Below are positions 37,235 through 47,764 of a stretch of 64,000 nucleotides of DNA, piece after piece. Numbering within the stretch: the stretch's first letter is position 1; the number at the start of each line of letters is the position of its first letter. The translations under genes were made by a program, and so were the position numbers. The stretch comes from a virus. Its lineage: Duplodnaviria; Heunggongvirae; Uroviricota; Caudoviricetes. The notes under the pieces are model-generated. The model ran no database searches. It was given only the letters and a program-made list of their open reading frames with translations, and was not told where the DNA came from. The stretch covers positions 1 through 64,000 of the IMG/VR virus record IMGVR_UViG_3300015615_000629, one strand, 5' to 3'.

Positions 37235-37771
37235 TTAGGCGTTTTGAGCGTGGAAAAGCGGCGAATCCGGAATGTTGGTTTCCAAATAAAACACTGTAAC
37301 ATCGATGCCCCGACGTAACCAACAATCTTCGATTAGAGTCTCAATGAAATTCCAATCGCCACCAGCTAAAGCACTTCCGAACATTGGGGCAATAATTTCA
37401 TATTCGGTTTCGACATCCAATTCATAAGCCACTTGGTCCATACAACTGGCAAGGTGATTATAATACAAAGGTCTTTTGCCACCAAGAGTTTGAGCAACCA
37501 TATTAGCAACAATTACATTATCAGATGCTTGAATAAACTGAGTTTCACCCAAGCCCGCACCTTCCCCTGGATGGAAATGGGCCGAGTTATGTTCTTCTAT
37601 CCACCTTTCATATTCCGGCCTAACATTCGGATATAAATTACAAAGGGGAATAACGAAGCCACTACCCATTCTGCCGTGACAGTTAGCCACGTGACAAATC
37701 ATAAATTTCTTATCTGGACTGTCGGCAATATGTTGAAACAAATCGCCTTTAATGTATGTCAATTTAGCCAC
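37235..37771 (-). CDS. macrodomain (ADP-ribose hydrolase) protein
   Basis: GDLF, HVANC.G.MG.G, P.FG..LAGGDW motifs. Confidence 0.85.
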   Translation of the reverse strand: MAKLTYIKGDLFQHIADSPDKKFMICHVANCHGRMGSGFVIPLCNLYPNVRPEYERWIEEHNSAHFHPGEGAGLGETQFIQASDNVIVANMVAQTLGGKRPLYYNHLASCMDQVAYELDVETEYEIIAPMFGSALAGGDWNFIETLIEDCWLRRGIDVTVFYLETNIPDSPLFHAQNA

Positions 37772-37952
37772 AATTTACTCCTAATCAGAATTCCGCATTT
37801 TAGTCACTTGGGCCTTAATTCCAGCCCGAATAGAAACTGGCGTTCGTCCCTCTTGCTTCTTTTGCTCAACGTATTTGTTGAGCAACTTGGTTGCAGCGGC
37901 CTTTTTGCCAGCAGTATTAGCCTGAAACAACGCTTTAGTAACTTCACAACTC

Positions 37953-38489
37953 TTAATCATTGGTTTTCTCCTTTAATTGTTTGACTACTTCTAAAATTAA
38001 TTCTAATTGCCATGCTTGCCTTTCGGTCATCTCAATATCTTTCAGGTCAGGAAGGTCTGGAACCTTATCTAAATCATGCAATGAGAAAAAATCTGAATAT
38101 TGGTCTGTAATGTGCTGGCTGACCTTGTCACATATTTTACCAATATCACGAGAATTTGAGATTGCAGTTTTCGGGCCGAATTTTCCAATTCTTACCCCTT
38201 CTTCAAAAAGTGCATTGATGGTTTCATAATTGACGGCAAACCCGAAATTAGCATCCACATATTCACTAACTTTGCTTTCAATTTGTTTTTCCTTGCAAGA
38301 CGCTAGTTCTTTCGCAACTTCTTTTTCTTTAAATTCACGGATAGATTCTAACTTCCGTATAGCATCCAGCAAATTTGCTGTAGGTGCCGTATCTACTAAA
38401 TCTTTGAAAAAATTCAATACGCCGAGAATTTCTTTAAGATTAGAATTGATTTCGTTTAGAACATCAGAATTCATTAGTATTTGCTCCAA
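37953..38489 (-). CDS. hypothetical protein
   Basis: ORF. Confidence 0.65.
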   Translation of the reverse strand: MEQILMNSDVLNEINSNLKEILGVLNFFKDLVDTAPTANLLDAIRKLESIREFKEKEVAKELASCKEKQIESKVSEYVDANFGFAVNYETINALFEEGVRIGKFGPKTAISNSRDIGKICDKVSQHITDQYSDFFSLHDLDKVPDLPDLKDIEMTERQAWQLELILEVVKQLKEKTND

Positions 38490-39700
38490 TCAATTTCAGA
38501 GGATTTTGATTTCTTTTTAGATTTGCTTGGCATTTTAATTGGTTTTTCTCCAATGTCCAATGCTAAAGCATTAACACGTTCTAATACCTCTTTATCCAGA
38601 ATATTCACCCTGTTATTTTCTATCTTTAGTATGTCTCTAATATGTTCGTATTCATTATACATATCGACACCTCGGGAAATGGCGTCTTCTATCGATTTTA
38701 CCGTGGCTCCGTATGAAGCCTTGCGATATCGAGTTCGATGCTTGAGGTCAATACAATCAATTTCGCAATCGGGCGTATCGTCCGGAGCACATCTGCGAGA
38801 ATCTAGATCATGATAACTAATTCCTAAATCCCCGACAAACCATGAAAAAGGCACGCCAAAAACAGACTGCCCGCCTTGATAACTTTGGCGATAAAATTGT
38901 GAAACATCTTTAAAATCAGTAGACATAATGGTACAAGGAACGATTAACTCACGGTGAATTGTATCATCGTAGATATCTGGGTATTTTTTGGCGATGTGAT
39001 AGCAATCATCAACATACCCGCCAGTGGGGCGATGTGTATATGTAGAAACAAGCGTTAAACAATCTTTTCTCAAAAGGTATTCATCTGGTTCGTGGCCGGA
39101 TTCTTTTCTTGGTCCAATGTCTCGTCTATAGCCCGTTTGAACAATAATGTCTTTTGGCGGCCTTATCACAAGACAACGCTCTGTATTTGTATTTCGTACC
39201 AATGATTTGGCTGTGTATTCTCGAATATAATATTCGTTGCTTTCAGTACGACAACGGTTTGAATTATATGGCAGTGGCTCAACATCGGTTGGCAATAATT
39301 TAACAAATTTTCGACCAATGTCGTCACCATAGAATTCAAAATGAGATTTAAAATAATATTCATACACAATTAACCATATTTTTAGAGCCTCGTTATCATT
39401 GTGAAAATGGTTTTTCAATTTCCAGTTGCCGGCATTTAATGGGCCAAACGGATACCATTGATAAAGGATGTCGTATTCTTCTTGTTGCTTCATACATTTG
39501 GCAATTAGATACTTGGTAATATCGATGAATTTTTCCAGCACAATATTAGAGAAATATTCTGGTCTTATTGTCTCTAGAAAGAAAAGATATAACCGCAATG
39601 CATCTTTTAGATTTTTTGGGGCACCAACGTTCCTGTACTTTTCAAGATATTTCTTGACTAGATATATTTTTCTATAGGAGTCTAAACGGCTATTGCTCAT
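38474..39700 (-). CDS. hypothetical protein
   Basis: 408-aa ORF coupled to the helicase gene. Confidence 0.75.
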   Translation of the reverse strand: MSNSRLDSYRKIYLVKKYLEKYRNVGAPKNLKDALRLYLFFLETIRPEYFSNIVLEKFIDITKYLIAKCMKQQEEYDILYQWYPFGPLNAGNWKLKNHFHNDNEALKIWLIVYEYYFKSHFEFYGDDIGRKFVKLLPTDVEPLPYNSNRCRTESNEYYIREYTAKSLVRNTNTERCLVIRPPKDIIVQTGYRRDIGPRKESGHEPDEYLLRKDCLTLVSTYTHRPTGGYVDDCYHIAKKYPDIYDDTIHRELIVPCTIMSTDFKDVSQFYRQSYQGGQSVFGVPFSWFVGDLGISYHDLDSRRCAPDDTPDCEIDCIDLKHRTRYRKASYGATVKSIEDAISRGVDMYNEYEHIRDILKIENNRVNILDKEVLERVNALALDIGEKPIKMPSKSKKKSKSSEIDWSKY

Positions 39701-41570
39701 GGTGCCACCTTAGAATAGACCTAACCGCACGCTCTGTATCGGGTGATACAGGTTTTTTTGGTACAGGTTTAACTAGGCGATCTGACAAAAGGTTCCTAAT
39801 CGCCAGCAACTTATCCGGCGTCATTTTGCCTTCAAAAAACAAAGAACGACCAACGGCTGACTTTTCCATAATGTGATCAACGCCATGTTCATCTAATAAA
39901 ATCTTAATATCCGTTACGGGTTTTCCATTTTGGTTATTGAATAATTTACAAAGTTTTTCTAGAAACCTAATTTCTATTTGGCCTATAAGTTCGGGATATA
40001 AAGAATATCGTTCCGCGAGATTGCGACACATTTCTAATACGTTGTCTCGCGTCTTGTTTTCTAAATTCTCATATTCAAATACTAAATTTTCCAAAGCCTC
40101 TTCTCGTGGAACATTTAGGGCGTCCCATAAATAATAACGTTGTCCACCCGCAACCCCAGACGAATTAGACCTATAGAGAATAACTGGATTGAATTCATCG
40201 TCTAGTTCCAAGCACGCCATAATCAAATTGAAGCAATGTGAAAACTGTTCTCTTGAGGTTGTTCCGTCTATCTCCGGAAGACGTTCTAAATAATTGATAA
40301 TACGAACTTCGCGTTTGCCGGGGAACCGTCGCATGGCTCGACCGATAGTCTGCATGTATTCGGTCATAGAGCCATTCGGATACTTGGCATAATGTATTCT
40401 AGCACAAGAAACCCAATCTGTCCCCTCTAGTGCCATTTTGCATGTAACGACATGGCGGATTTGAATCTTTTCTGGCGAGTTTTTGGGTTCGTGACGAAGT
40501 CTTTCCATGTTGCGGTTCTGTGTTTTCTGATTCATAAGATCGATAACTTCATTCCCCTTATATTCCGTTAGGCTGGAGATAAGATTGGTATGAGCATTCG
40601 GATGATTTTTGCGATATTTTCCACCCTTCGGAGGCAAACAATACAAATGACAAGCGTCCTGGTAAGGATCGTTCTTGACGTTTGCGATAATTCTGTCGTT
40701 AGGAGTACCGCCTGGAGCGAATTCTTCAAATTCAATAATAACATTTTCCAACCCCAAAGTTGGCAAGTGTTCGTGCCAATATCTTGTATAAATATCGAAT
40801 TTGTCAAGATCCACCACAACTGGATCTTGATCTCCCCTATAGAATGTGGCGGTTGCTAATCTGATCTTAGCACTTAAAGAGTTCAGTATGATAAAATTAA
40901 CAATACCAGATAAAATATTTTGATAATTTAGATCACACTCGTCCAAGGTAACATTATTGATGTGATGAGCCTCGTCTATAATTAATACTAAGTTTTGTGT
41001 TGCTGTTTTCCTTTCCTCCTCGGATAAACCGTTCCAAACTTGGCACAACAGAGCATGAGTTGCTATAGCATTAAGGCCACTGATAATGTTATCATTTAGA
41101 TTCTTGTGGTGTGTGGTTTTTAATTGTTCTGCTGGTGCAAGCAGCCATTCCTTTAGTCTGTTTTTAGATCGAACAAAATTGTGTTTTGGTAAAATTTTCC
41201 AATCATACTCTGTTCCGTCAACATTTAGCTTAATACATTCCAAATCGTTATGTCCAAATACAAAATTATCCGCTATGTTCCGTTGCGGTGTTACAATAAG
41301 AACCTTTTGGTTGAAATTTGATGAAACGATGTCATGTATACCAAGAGCCACCAAGAGAGTGGTTTTGCCGGCACCGCATGGGGCTCTAGTTATTGTAAAC
41401 TGATTGTTCTTTTGTTGGTTGTATGCTTGTTGTTGCCAGCCATCGCCATGCGAAAGGAATTTGCAAACATTTTCAGTTTCAGTGGTGTCAATTAAGTTGT
41501 GGGCCTCCGGTTCGTAGGATTGATAATTAAAATCCGGACGAATTGTAAAATTTTGATTGGCAGCTCTCAT
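39690..41570 (-). CDS. SF2 (DEAH) helicase
   Basis: APCGAGKT, IIDEAHH, TAT, QTIGRAMR motifs. Confidence 0.85.
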   Translation of the reverse strand: MRAANQNFTIRPDFNYQSYEPEAHNLIDTTETENVCKFLSHGDGWQQQAYNQQKNNQFTITRAPCGAGKTTLLVALGIHDIVSSNFNQKVLIVTPQRNIADNFVFGHNDLECIKLNVDGTEYDWKILPKHNFVRSKNRLKEWLLAPAEQLKTTHHKNLNDNIISGLNAIATHALLCQVWNGLSEEERKTATQNLVLIIDEAHHINNVTLDECDLNYQNILSGIVNFIILNSLSAKIRLATATFYRGDQDPVVVDLDKFDIYTRYWHEHLPTLGLENVIIEFEEFAPGGTPNDRIIANVKNDPYQDACHLYCLPPKGGKYRKNHPNAHTNLISSLTEYKGNEVIDLMNQKTQNRNMERLRHEPKNSPEKIQIRHVVTCKMALEGTDWVSCARIHYAKYPNGSMTEYMQTIGRAMRRFPGKREVRIINYLERLPEIDGTTSREQFSHCFNLIMACLELDDEFNPVILYRSNSSGVAGGQRYYLWDALNVPREEALENLVFEYENLENKTRDNVLEMCRNLAERYSLYPELIGQIEIRFLEKLCKLFNNQNGKPVTDIKILLDEHGVDHIMEKSAVGRSLFFEGKMTPDKLLAIRNLLSDRLVKPVPKKPVSPDTERAVRSILRWHHEQ

Positions 41571-41572
41571 TT

Positions 41573-42163
41573 TTACGCTCGGTAAAGCATGATAGTGATC
41601 AATTGTGATTTTTTAGAGGCACAATAACTAAATGGAAAATATTGATCAAATCTACGCCAAACTCTCGAAGGCAATTTGTTTCGGATACTTTGCAAAGCGA
41701 CCTGCTCTGAAAATCTTTTTCTACTTCTTGAATCATTCAATAATAAGTTAATCCCCATAACACAATCTTCCGGACATCGCATCATGGTTTCAGTAATTGT
41801 ATCTAATGCCTTTTTATTTTCAGCAAAATTTAATGAATCAAAGTACACCATTCCAGCAGAAGCGAATATCGGATTGTCAATTGCTGTATCCCATTCTTCG
41901 TGGAGCCATATAGATTTATTAAACTTCTCTTTATTTGCCAATATGTACTCCAACTCGCGATCCACGCCTACAAATTGAGACTCCCGTATAAATCCATCTG
42001 ACGAGAGGATATTAATCTCGGAATTAGGATAGGTTTGATCGTTGCATAACGTCCAATAAGTTTTATTTGTTGGTAAAGTTTGTCGATTGGTTATTCTCCG
42101 GTATGCATCGATTAGCATACGTCTGGCAGCCGACTTAATTGGATTATCGTATTTGAATTGCAT
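41573..42163 (-). CDS. hypothetical protein, possibly a degenerate Rossmann methyltransferase fold
   Basis: FVGVDRE and MVYFD segments. Confidence 0.5.
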   Translation of the reverse strand: MQFKYDNPIKSAARRMLIDAYRRITNRQTLPTNKTYWTLCNDQTYPNSEINILSSDGFIRESQFVGVDRELEYILANKEKFNKSIWLHEEWDTAIDNPIFASAGMVYFDSLNFAENKKALDTITETMMRCPEDCVMGINLLLNDSRSRKRFSEQVALQSIRNKLPSRVWRRFDQYFPFSYCASKKSQLITIMLYRA

Positions 42164-42168
42164 AATGC

Positions 42169-42642
42169 TTAAGCAGCGACTTTAGAGAAAAAGCAATCAA
42201 CTTCACTGCCTTTCCAATAATTAAGATGCGTTCCGGAAAGGAGTGAAAGTTTACGGAAAAGTTTTCTCCCTACGCCTTTGCGGCGAAATTGTGGCTTTGT
42301 ATAAAAGCCACAATCCAAGGGAGAATGAAAAATGTCATTTGGTAAATTTCTACCGAATGAATAATGTCCCTGTTCGGTTATAAGATGATACCTTTGATAC
42401 ATCTGAAAGTCTCTAAATGAGGTTGGCTCAAACTTCATGCCAAGCCCAATCCATTCATCCCCTTCGACCGCTGCTACGGCTATCTTTATATGTTCGGGAC
42501 GGTTAAACACGTGTCTAAACAGGCCATAATCCATATATAAATGATTCTGTTTTGCCTGTTCAACAAAGAATTTAATTCTTTTCTGATTTTGAGTAAATTT
42601 AAGATTCATTTCTTTTAACCGAGAGGGGCTTGATGGGGTCAA
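42169..42642 (-). CDS. GNAT acetyltransferase
   Basis: YTKPQFRRKGVGRKL motif A. Confidence 0.7.
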   Translation of the reverse strand: MTPSSPSRLKEMNLKFTQNQKRIKFFVEQAKQNHLYMDYGLFRHVFNRPEHIKIAVAAVEGDEWIGLGMKFEPTSFRDFQMYQRYHLITEQGHYSFGRNLPNDIFHSPLDCGFYTKPQFRRKGVGRKLFRKLSLLSGTHLNYWKGSEVDCFFSKVAA

Positions 42643-43183
42643 AGTAATGTTCTAAATATTCTTCTTTAGTTTGCTCTGGAATCTCGACGGTATACATGCC
42701 ATCCGCAGGGTCTCGAATCGCTACGATTCCAACAGGACGTTTGGGTATAACTTCCTGCAAATCCAATCTCATGCCAATATCATGTACCTTAAACCCAAAT
42801 GGCTCATAATAAGGCACAGTTTTTTCTAGGCAAGTAAGCATAATTTTATATGCTTCGTGGTCGATTGCTGTTTGAATAGCCTTTTGTACCAATAATTTGC
42901 CTATTCCGGAGCCACGTTCGGACTTATCGACAACAACATCTTCAAGATGGGCAGCAGTGCCACAGAGATAACTTAGTTTATGTTGAAAATGCATCATTGC
43001 CGTGCCAACGACAACGCCATCTCTATCGGCAACCCAAAGATAATAATCTGGATTGCGTTTAATGTGAGAGCGGAATTTCCCGATAGCATTGGTATAGTTG
43101 TGCTCAAAACCTGGGGAAAGTTGAGCAACAATGCGACAGATGTCGGGAATGTCTTTTTCTTCGGCTTCTCGAATGGTGAGCAT
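42599..43183 (-). CDS. GNAT acetyltransferase (GNA1-like)
   Basis: HLEDVVVD...RGSGIGK and YKIML.C....PYYE.FGF motifs. Confidence 0.85.
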   Translation of the reverse strand: MLTIREAEEKDIPDICRIVAQLSPGFEHNYTNAIGKFRSHIKRNPDYYLWVADRDGVVVGTAMMHFQHKLSYLCGTAAHLEDVVVDKSERGSGIGKLLVQKAIQTAIDHEAYKIMLTCLEKTVPYYEPFGFKVHDIGMRLDLQEVIPKRPVGIVAIRDPADGMYTVEIPEQTKEEYLEHYFDPIKPLSVKRNES

Positions 43184-43201
43184 GGCGAAATCAGGTACAG
43201 G

Positions 43202-43672
43202 TTAGAAAAGCCACACGAGCGGTCTTCGCTTGCCGCCTTTTAGTGATGAACAACGCTGATAAGTAATTCCCTGCCAAAAGAAATCAACGGCTTGCTTGGC
43301 TGCATCCTCCGCTGAAACATAATTATGTCTTGGGCAACTCCCCATACACACCTCATAATTAGAAGTTAAATTACGATCTTCTTTAATTAAAGACCAAGTA
43401 GAATTTAACTGATTGTTTCTCGTGCCCATTCTAAGATAATGAATATAATAAGAAACCACTCTCTCGGAGATAGGAATCTCTAATTTAGTCCAAACTGTTT
43501 TTGAAGAAATTCTTTCTTCTATTTTAGTCCAAATAACCGTCCAGGGTAATCGGCAAGTCCAAGGCTGATAACTTGTTAAAAATGTTCGTACTCTTGGCGG
43601 ATTTTGATAAACAAAGTAATGCTCAATGGTGTCTTGGCTAATTTGGTTCTCAAAATGATATGTTTTATACAA
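43202..43672 (-). CDS. prokaryotic E2-like protein, paralog 3
   Basis: PPRVRT...NLTSNYEVCMG...AVDFFW. Confidence 0.5.
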   Translation of the reverse strand: MYKTYHFENQISQDTIEHYFVYQNPPRVRTFLTSYQPWTCRLPWTVIWTKIEERISSKTVWTKLEIPISERVVSYYIHYLRMGTRNNQLNSTWSLIKEDRNLTSNYEVCMGSCPRHNYVSAEDAAKQAVDFFWQGITYQRCSSLKGGKRRPLVWLF

Positions 43673-43686
43673 AATTAAGTCCTCCT

Positions 43687-43722
43687 AAAAAAATATGCCC
43701 GTGTGAATCACACGGGCATATT
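43687..43722 (-). terminator. intrinsic terminator
   Basis: AATATGCCCGTGTGA/TCACACGGGCATATT stem plus U-tract. Confidence 0.8.
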
Positions 43723-43757
43723 GGGCGTAGCCTAACGGCTCACGGATCCACCAGCCT

Positions 43758-44246
43758 CTACGCAGCAGAAATCTTTTTGCGATTCCTGTTGCGTCTCTTC
43801 CGTTCTCTCATATAAGACATGGTTTCGGACATTACAGCCGCCCCAATAGCATGGGGTAATTTAATAGTAAGCCCTTTTTCAAGGTCGCCTACATTAATCT
43901 GCATTTCAAGCCCACACTTCTTCTGTGTAACAACAATCTTTCCGCTTTGGGCTTTTAGATTACTTTCAGGATCTTTGCACCAATTGGACGCCAACAGATC
44001 GCCATTAAAAGTAATCTGATTATCGGCAGAACGCATTCTAAGAATGCTTGTCAAAGGGACTTTCGATAATTTATCGCCTTTAGCAAACTGCCAAGCAGAT
44101 TCTAAAATACGGAATTCGGCGATGCCGTCTTGTTCGGTAATGGTTTCGACAGACAACACAGTACCTGTTACGGCTGTAATTTCGGTCTCGGTGCGACCGT
44201 GATGCAGCAAAACTACGCAATCTTCACAGAACTCGATCTTCTGCAT
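43758..44246 (-). CDS. hypothetical protein
   Basis: ORF. Confidence 0.7.
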   Translation of the reverse strand: MQKIEFCEDCVVLLHHGRTETEITAVTGTVLSVETITEQDGIAEFRILESAWQFAKGDKLSKVPLTSILRMRSADNQITFNGDLLASNWCKDPESNLKAQSGKIVVTQKKCGLEMQINVGDLEKGLTIKLPHAIGAAVMSETMSYMRERKRRNRNRKKISAA

Positions 44247-44473
44247 TCTTCTCTATCCTCCAGAAACCAGTTTCGATTTTTATACAATTTGTATAGCAAT
44301 CTCTGGATTTTTTGTTGCTTTTGACTAGAAACGCCACTTAATGCTAATTGTAGTTCAGCGGTCAATTCTGGCAAGTCCCCCTGGCCCAAATTGACGAGAT
44401 TTTTCAGGCAATCAACGGTTTGAGCAGACTCCCTGATGTTCTGCATCGTTTTCATAGAAATCGTTTTGTGCAT
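44213..44473 (-). CDS. hypothetical protein
   Basis: AGGAGG SD. Confidence 0.6.
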   Translation of the reverse strand: MHKTISMKTMQNIRESAQTVDCLKNLVNLGQGDLPELTAELQLALSGVSSQKQQKIQRLLYKLYKNRNWFLEDREECRRSSSVKIA

Positions 44474-44514
44474 TTACGCTTCCCTCCTTGAGGCTTTAAT
44501 CTACCTTACTTTCG

Positions 44515-45078
44515 TTAAATTGCAAGCTTTTGCTTGCGAGAATAGGTGTTCCAAATCAATAAATCGAATTCTGCCACACTCATGCCTGACTTATCTGCCA
44601 AATCTAGAAACAGATTTTCGATTTTTTCGTATTTCTTCTCCGACCCTGGCGTATTCCTTGGCACATCATGGCCCTTTTCAGACAAATAACGCAATACATG
44701 AACATCCAAGCCGGCCAAGCGGACGTTTTTCCTGCTATGTATAAGAAAACATCTGGCGGTTTTAGGGCCGATTCCACGAATCGACACTAAATCTTTAACT
44801 GAGCATTTTGCCAAATCTAGATTGGCATTTGCTAGTTCTTTTATCCAGATGGCTTTTTTCTTATAACAACCTAATCCAGCGGCTTTGAGGCGGGACTCCA
44901 ATTCTTTAATTGGAGTTTTTCTGATGAAGGCGAAAGGCGGGCGGTTTCGTAAAAACTTATCCAAACCCCTTGCAGTGGAATTTGCATTGTGTCCAGCGGC
45001 GAAGAGCCAGAATAAAAGCACCTCTTCCGATTCAACTTTATTCAAATTGTAATTTGTTATATTAGAAGGATCAATCAT
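44515..45078 (-). CDS. HhH-GPD DNA glycosylase (8-oxoG N-glycosylase/lyase-like)
   Basis: GIGPKTARCFL and LDVHVLR motifs. Confidence 0.85.
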   Translation of the reverse strand: MIDPSNITNYNLNKVESEEVLLFWLFAAGHNANSTARGLDKFLRNRPPFAFIRKTPIKELESRLKAAGLGCYKKKAIWIKELANANLDLAKCSVKDLVSIRGIGPKTARCFLIHSRKNVRLAGLDVHVLRYLSEKGHDVPRNTPGSEKKYEKIENLFLDLADKSGMSVAEFDLLIWNTYSRKQKLAI

Positions 45079-45079
45079 A

Positions 45080-45499
45080 TTAATTTAATCTATATCGTTG
45101 CATCCCATCCTTTACGGTATTGAGTTGTTGGTCGAAAATTTCGTTTGAATGCATCAACACAGGAAAAAACTTATTTTTATAGTCTTCGCTGTCTAGTTCC
45201 TTAATTTCGTTGGCGATCATCCAAATCTCAAGTGCTCCGAAACCAACAATTTCATCCTTGGGAGCGTCCAACATATCAGGAACTAAAAGAGAAAGAAAGC
45301 CGATTTCAATAAGTTTTTTGTAGAATTCGATAACTTCAGGAATCTCGTATAGTTCCCTTGGGTCATCGTCAAAACCAGCAGTCGTTAAAACAAATCCCTT
45401 TTTGGAAATTTGGACTTGCCGCCACAAGTCGGCGAACATGCCTTTGATTTCGTCGATTGGAGTATCAACACCCAGATTGATAACAAGTAAATCATTCAT
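45080..45499 (-). CDS. hypothetical protein
   Basis: GFDDDPRELYEIPEV motif. Confidence 0.65.
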   Translation of the reverse strand: MNDLLVINLGVDTPIDEIKGMFADLWRQVQISKKGFVLTTAGFDDDPRELYEIPEVIEFYKKLIEIGFLSLLVPDMLDAPKDEIVGFGALEIWMIANEIKELDSEDYKNKFFPVLMHSNEIFDQQLNTVKDGMQRYRLN

Positions 45500-46160
45500 A
45501 GTCTATTCTCTTGTTCTCAACATCAACAGTGAATGTTTCCAAGGAATCCCTTTTGTAAAAAGTAAATTTATTGCCGTTTACTTCTTGGAAAGGAGAATTT
45601 GAATGAGTTATTTTCAAATTACGCAGCAAACCCATAGCAGTTACTAAGTCATAAGCAGCGTATGTATTCGCCTTTTTCCAATATGAGAAAGTTTTCGCTT
45701 TTAGCTGTTGGATGCCCACAATAGAAGTATCACTGTTCCAAAAATAATTCATAATTTTTTCTAGATATTCGTCATCTGCGTAATCTACATAAGAAACATT
45801 TACATTTTCTTCGCCCATGCAAACTTGCATGTCTGAAACATAGTTGCCAAACCAACGGGCATTGAATATCAATGTCTTAGGCGTTAGAGGCATTTTCTTA
45901 AACTGGCCGAATCTCACCGACGGTTTGGTAGTATACGAATCTGAAAAATCCAATTTGATATCGAAGATTGAATAGTTTTTAATATTTACCCAACAAGGTA
46001 CATTGGAACACATGATTGTTCGTGAATGCGGTGGAAATACCAAAATATGATTTATAACATATCTTCGACTAGGCGTATCCAGAATTAGCCCTGTATTTGG
46101 GCCAATCTGTTCCCTATTTGGGATAATACGCTTATTTGTTTCTTTATAAATTGGCCTCAT
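45492..46160 (-). CDS. prokaryotic E2-like protein, paralog 4
   Basis: PPHSRT...GNYVSDMQVCMG...YFWNS. Confidence 0.55.
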   Translation of the reverse strand: MRPIYKETNKRIIPNREQIGPNTGLILDTPSRRYVINHILVFPPHSRTIMCSNVPCWVNIKNYSIFDIKLDFSDSYTTKPSVRFGQFKKMPLTPKTLIFNARWFGNYVSDMQVCMGEENVNVSYVDYADDEYLEKIMNYFWNSDTSIVGIQQLKAKTFSYWKKANTYAAYDLVTAMGLLRNLKITHSNSPFQEVNGNKFTFYKRDSLETFTVDVENKRIDYE

Positions 46161-46747
46161 TTGTTCCTCAAACTCGCCAAAGTTTCGGATGCGTCATAGG
46201 AAAATGGATTTGTAAACAAATTAATAAGTTGTTTGTCCGTGAAGTGCTTGTCGAAGCCTATTTCATTGCTTTCAATTGATATCTTAAGGCTAATCTCGGT
46301 TGCTTTGTTTTTCATTAATTCAATAGAAAGATCGGCCATACCATAACAAATCGAAGCCATTGGCTGTTCCAGGTCACAACCACTTGTCTTAAACAAGGTA
46401 TAATCATCCCGTGTCTTAATCCTTTCCATTCCTAATCTAACAATATCGCTTCGTTCTGGCTTCAATGTAGATTCACCAGGGATGGACTTTGGAATAAATC
46501 CGTTATCTAGCAAGGTTTTGAAGTTTACAACTTTGCTAAATGCAAGGTATTTGAAAGGGGTTTGGCCTTGCAAATTGAATTTAAAATATTGGGGTGGTGC
46601 GGGGATTCTACGAACAAGAATAGACCAGCAACCGCCGCCGACGAGCCATTCAAACCCAGATTGGAGAGCGAATCCGAGAAGAGTTAGGCTATCTTCGGGT
46701 TCGAGAGAGATGGAGACGGTTTCTTTGTCGAAAGTGGTTTGTAACAT
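46157..46747 (-). CDS. hypothetical protein
   Basis: ORF; start MLQTTF. Confidence 0.6.
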   Translation of the reverse strand: MLQTTFDKETVSISLEPEDSLTLLGFALQSGFEWLVGGGCWSILVRRIPAPPQYFKFNLQGQTPFKYLAFSKVVNFKTLLDNGFIPKSIPGESTLKPERSDIVRLGMERIKTRDDYTLFKTSGCDLEQPMASICYGMADLSIELMKNKATEISLKISIESNEIGFDKHFTDKQLINLFTNPFSYDASETLASLRNK

Positions 46748-47053
46748 TATCGGCGAGTAGTGATTTTGAGGAAGGTGTAAATCACACAGTAGACCACGCC
46801 ATAATAGAGCAAACCCGTACCAATGCAAAGGGCCAGCCAGAGCAAAAATGGGCTAAGCCACAATGCTAGGATTACACAGAGAACGATTCCAACAACTTGA
46901 TTGGTGCTCATTTTTCACTTTCAAATCGCCATTCGGCACTACTCTGAACAGGAAAGGGGTCGCCGGGCATTCCCCAATCCTTATGTACTCCAACTACAAA
47001 AACTACCTTACAACCAGCCAAAAACACCAGAAGTAAGATTAACAGCCACTTTT

Positions 47054-47764
47054 TCATGTTTCATCCTTGAAACCAAGTAAAAAATCAACGGTTTGGTCAA
47101 TTTTGCCACAGACAAACTTGAAAAACCGCTTTTCCTTAAGCCTTCTGGCCCACTCTTTTTGGTACAGGTTGTAAATCGCCATGTTGTTCGATTGTGGAAT
47201 TCCAATTTCGTCGCAAATCCGACAACCAACTATCTCCGCTATTAACTCCCTTGTAACTTCGTCAGTCTTATATTTTAATCTTATTTCAGCCCAATGGGAT
47301 AATTCATGAAAAAATGTTGCATAATATTCATTTAACGGCACAGACGACGGTACGGGCACTGTAATGGAGTCCCCGAAGGAATGATTTGGCCAAGTTCCAA
47401 AAGGTTGTGGATAAAAATACTTTCCATTGGCACCAAAATCAAAATTATAGTTGGCTTTAGTCTTTTCTACAAAATGAAGGGCTTTTTTATAATCGGGTTC
47501 TATTTCTTTATAGCGATAGTTTACTGCTAGGGGGATTTCATCGGCGTTGAATAGTCCACGATATCTAGGAGCGGGAAAGCCAAGCGAATTCCATTGAGAT
47601 GCTGTGCCCCACCAACGGGTCTTTGATTCAGCCGATAGGGCGATGCCTCCCCAACCTTTATAGATTTTCTTTGTAATTATGTTCCTTGCCAAACCGGCAT
47701 TTCTGGGGCGTTGCCAAGGAAAACGATTTGCTTCAACTTCTGACAGTAAAAACGCGGGAATCAA
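47054..47764 (-). CDS. ardC: ArdC-like antirestriction protein (ssDNA-binding + zincin domain)
   Basis: PW..P, YYATFFHELSHW and ELIAEI motifs. Confidence 0.75.
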   Translation of the reverse strand: MIPAFLLSEVEANRFPWQRPRNAGLARNIITKKIYKGWGGIALSAESKTRWWGTASQWNSLGFPAPRYRGLFNADEIPLAVNYRYKEIEPDYKKALHFVEKTKANYNFDFGANGKYFYPQPFGTWPNHSFGDSITVPVPSSVPLNEYYATFFHELSHWAEIRLKYKTDEVTRELIAEIVGCRICDEIGIPQSNNMAIYNLYQKEWARRLKEKRFFKFVCGKIDQTVDFLLGFKDET

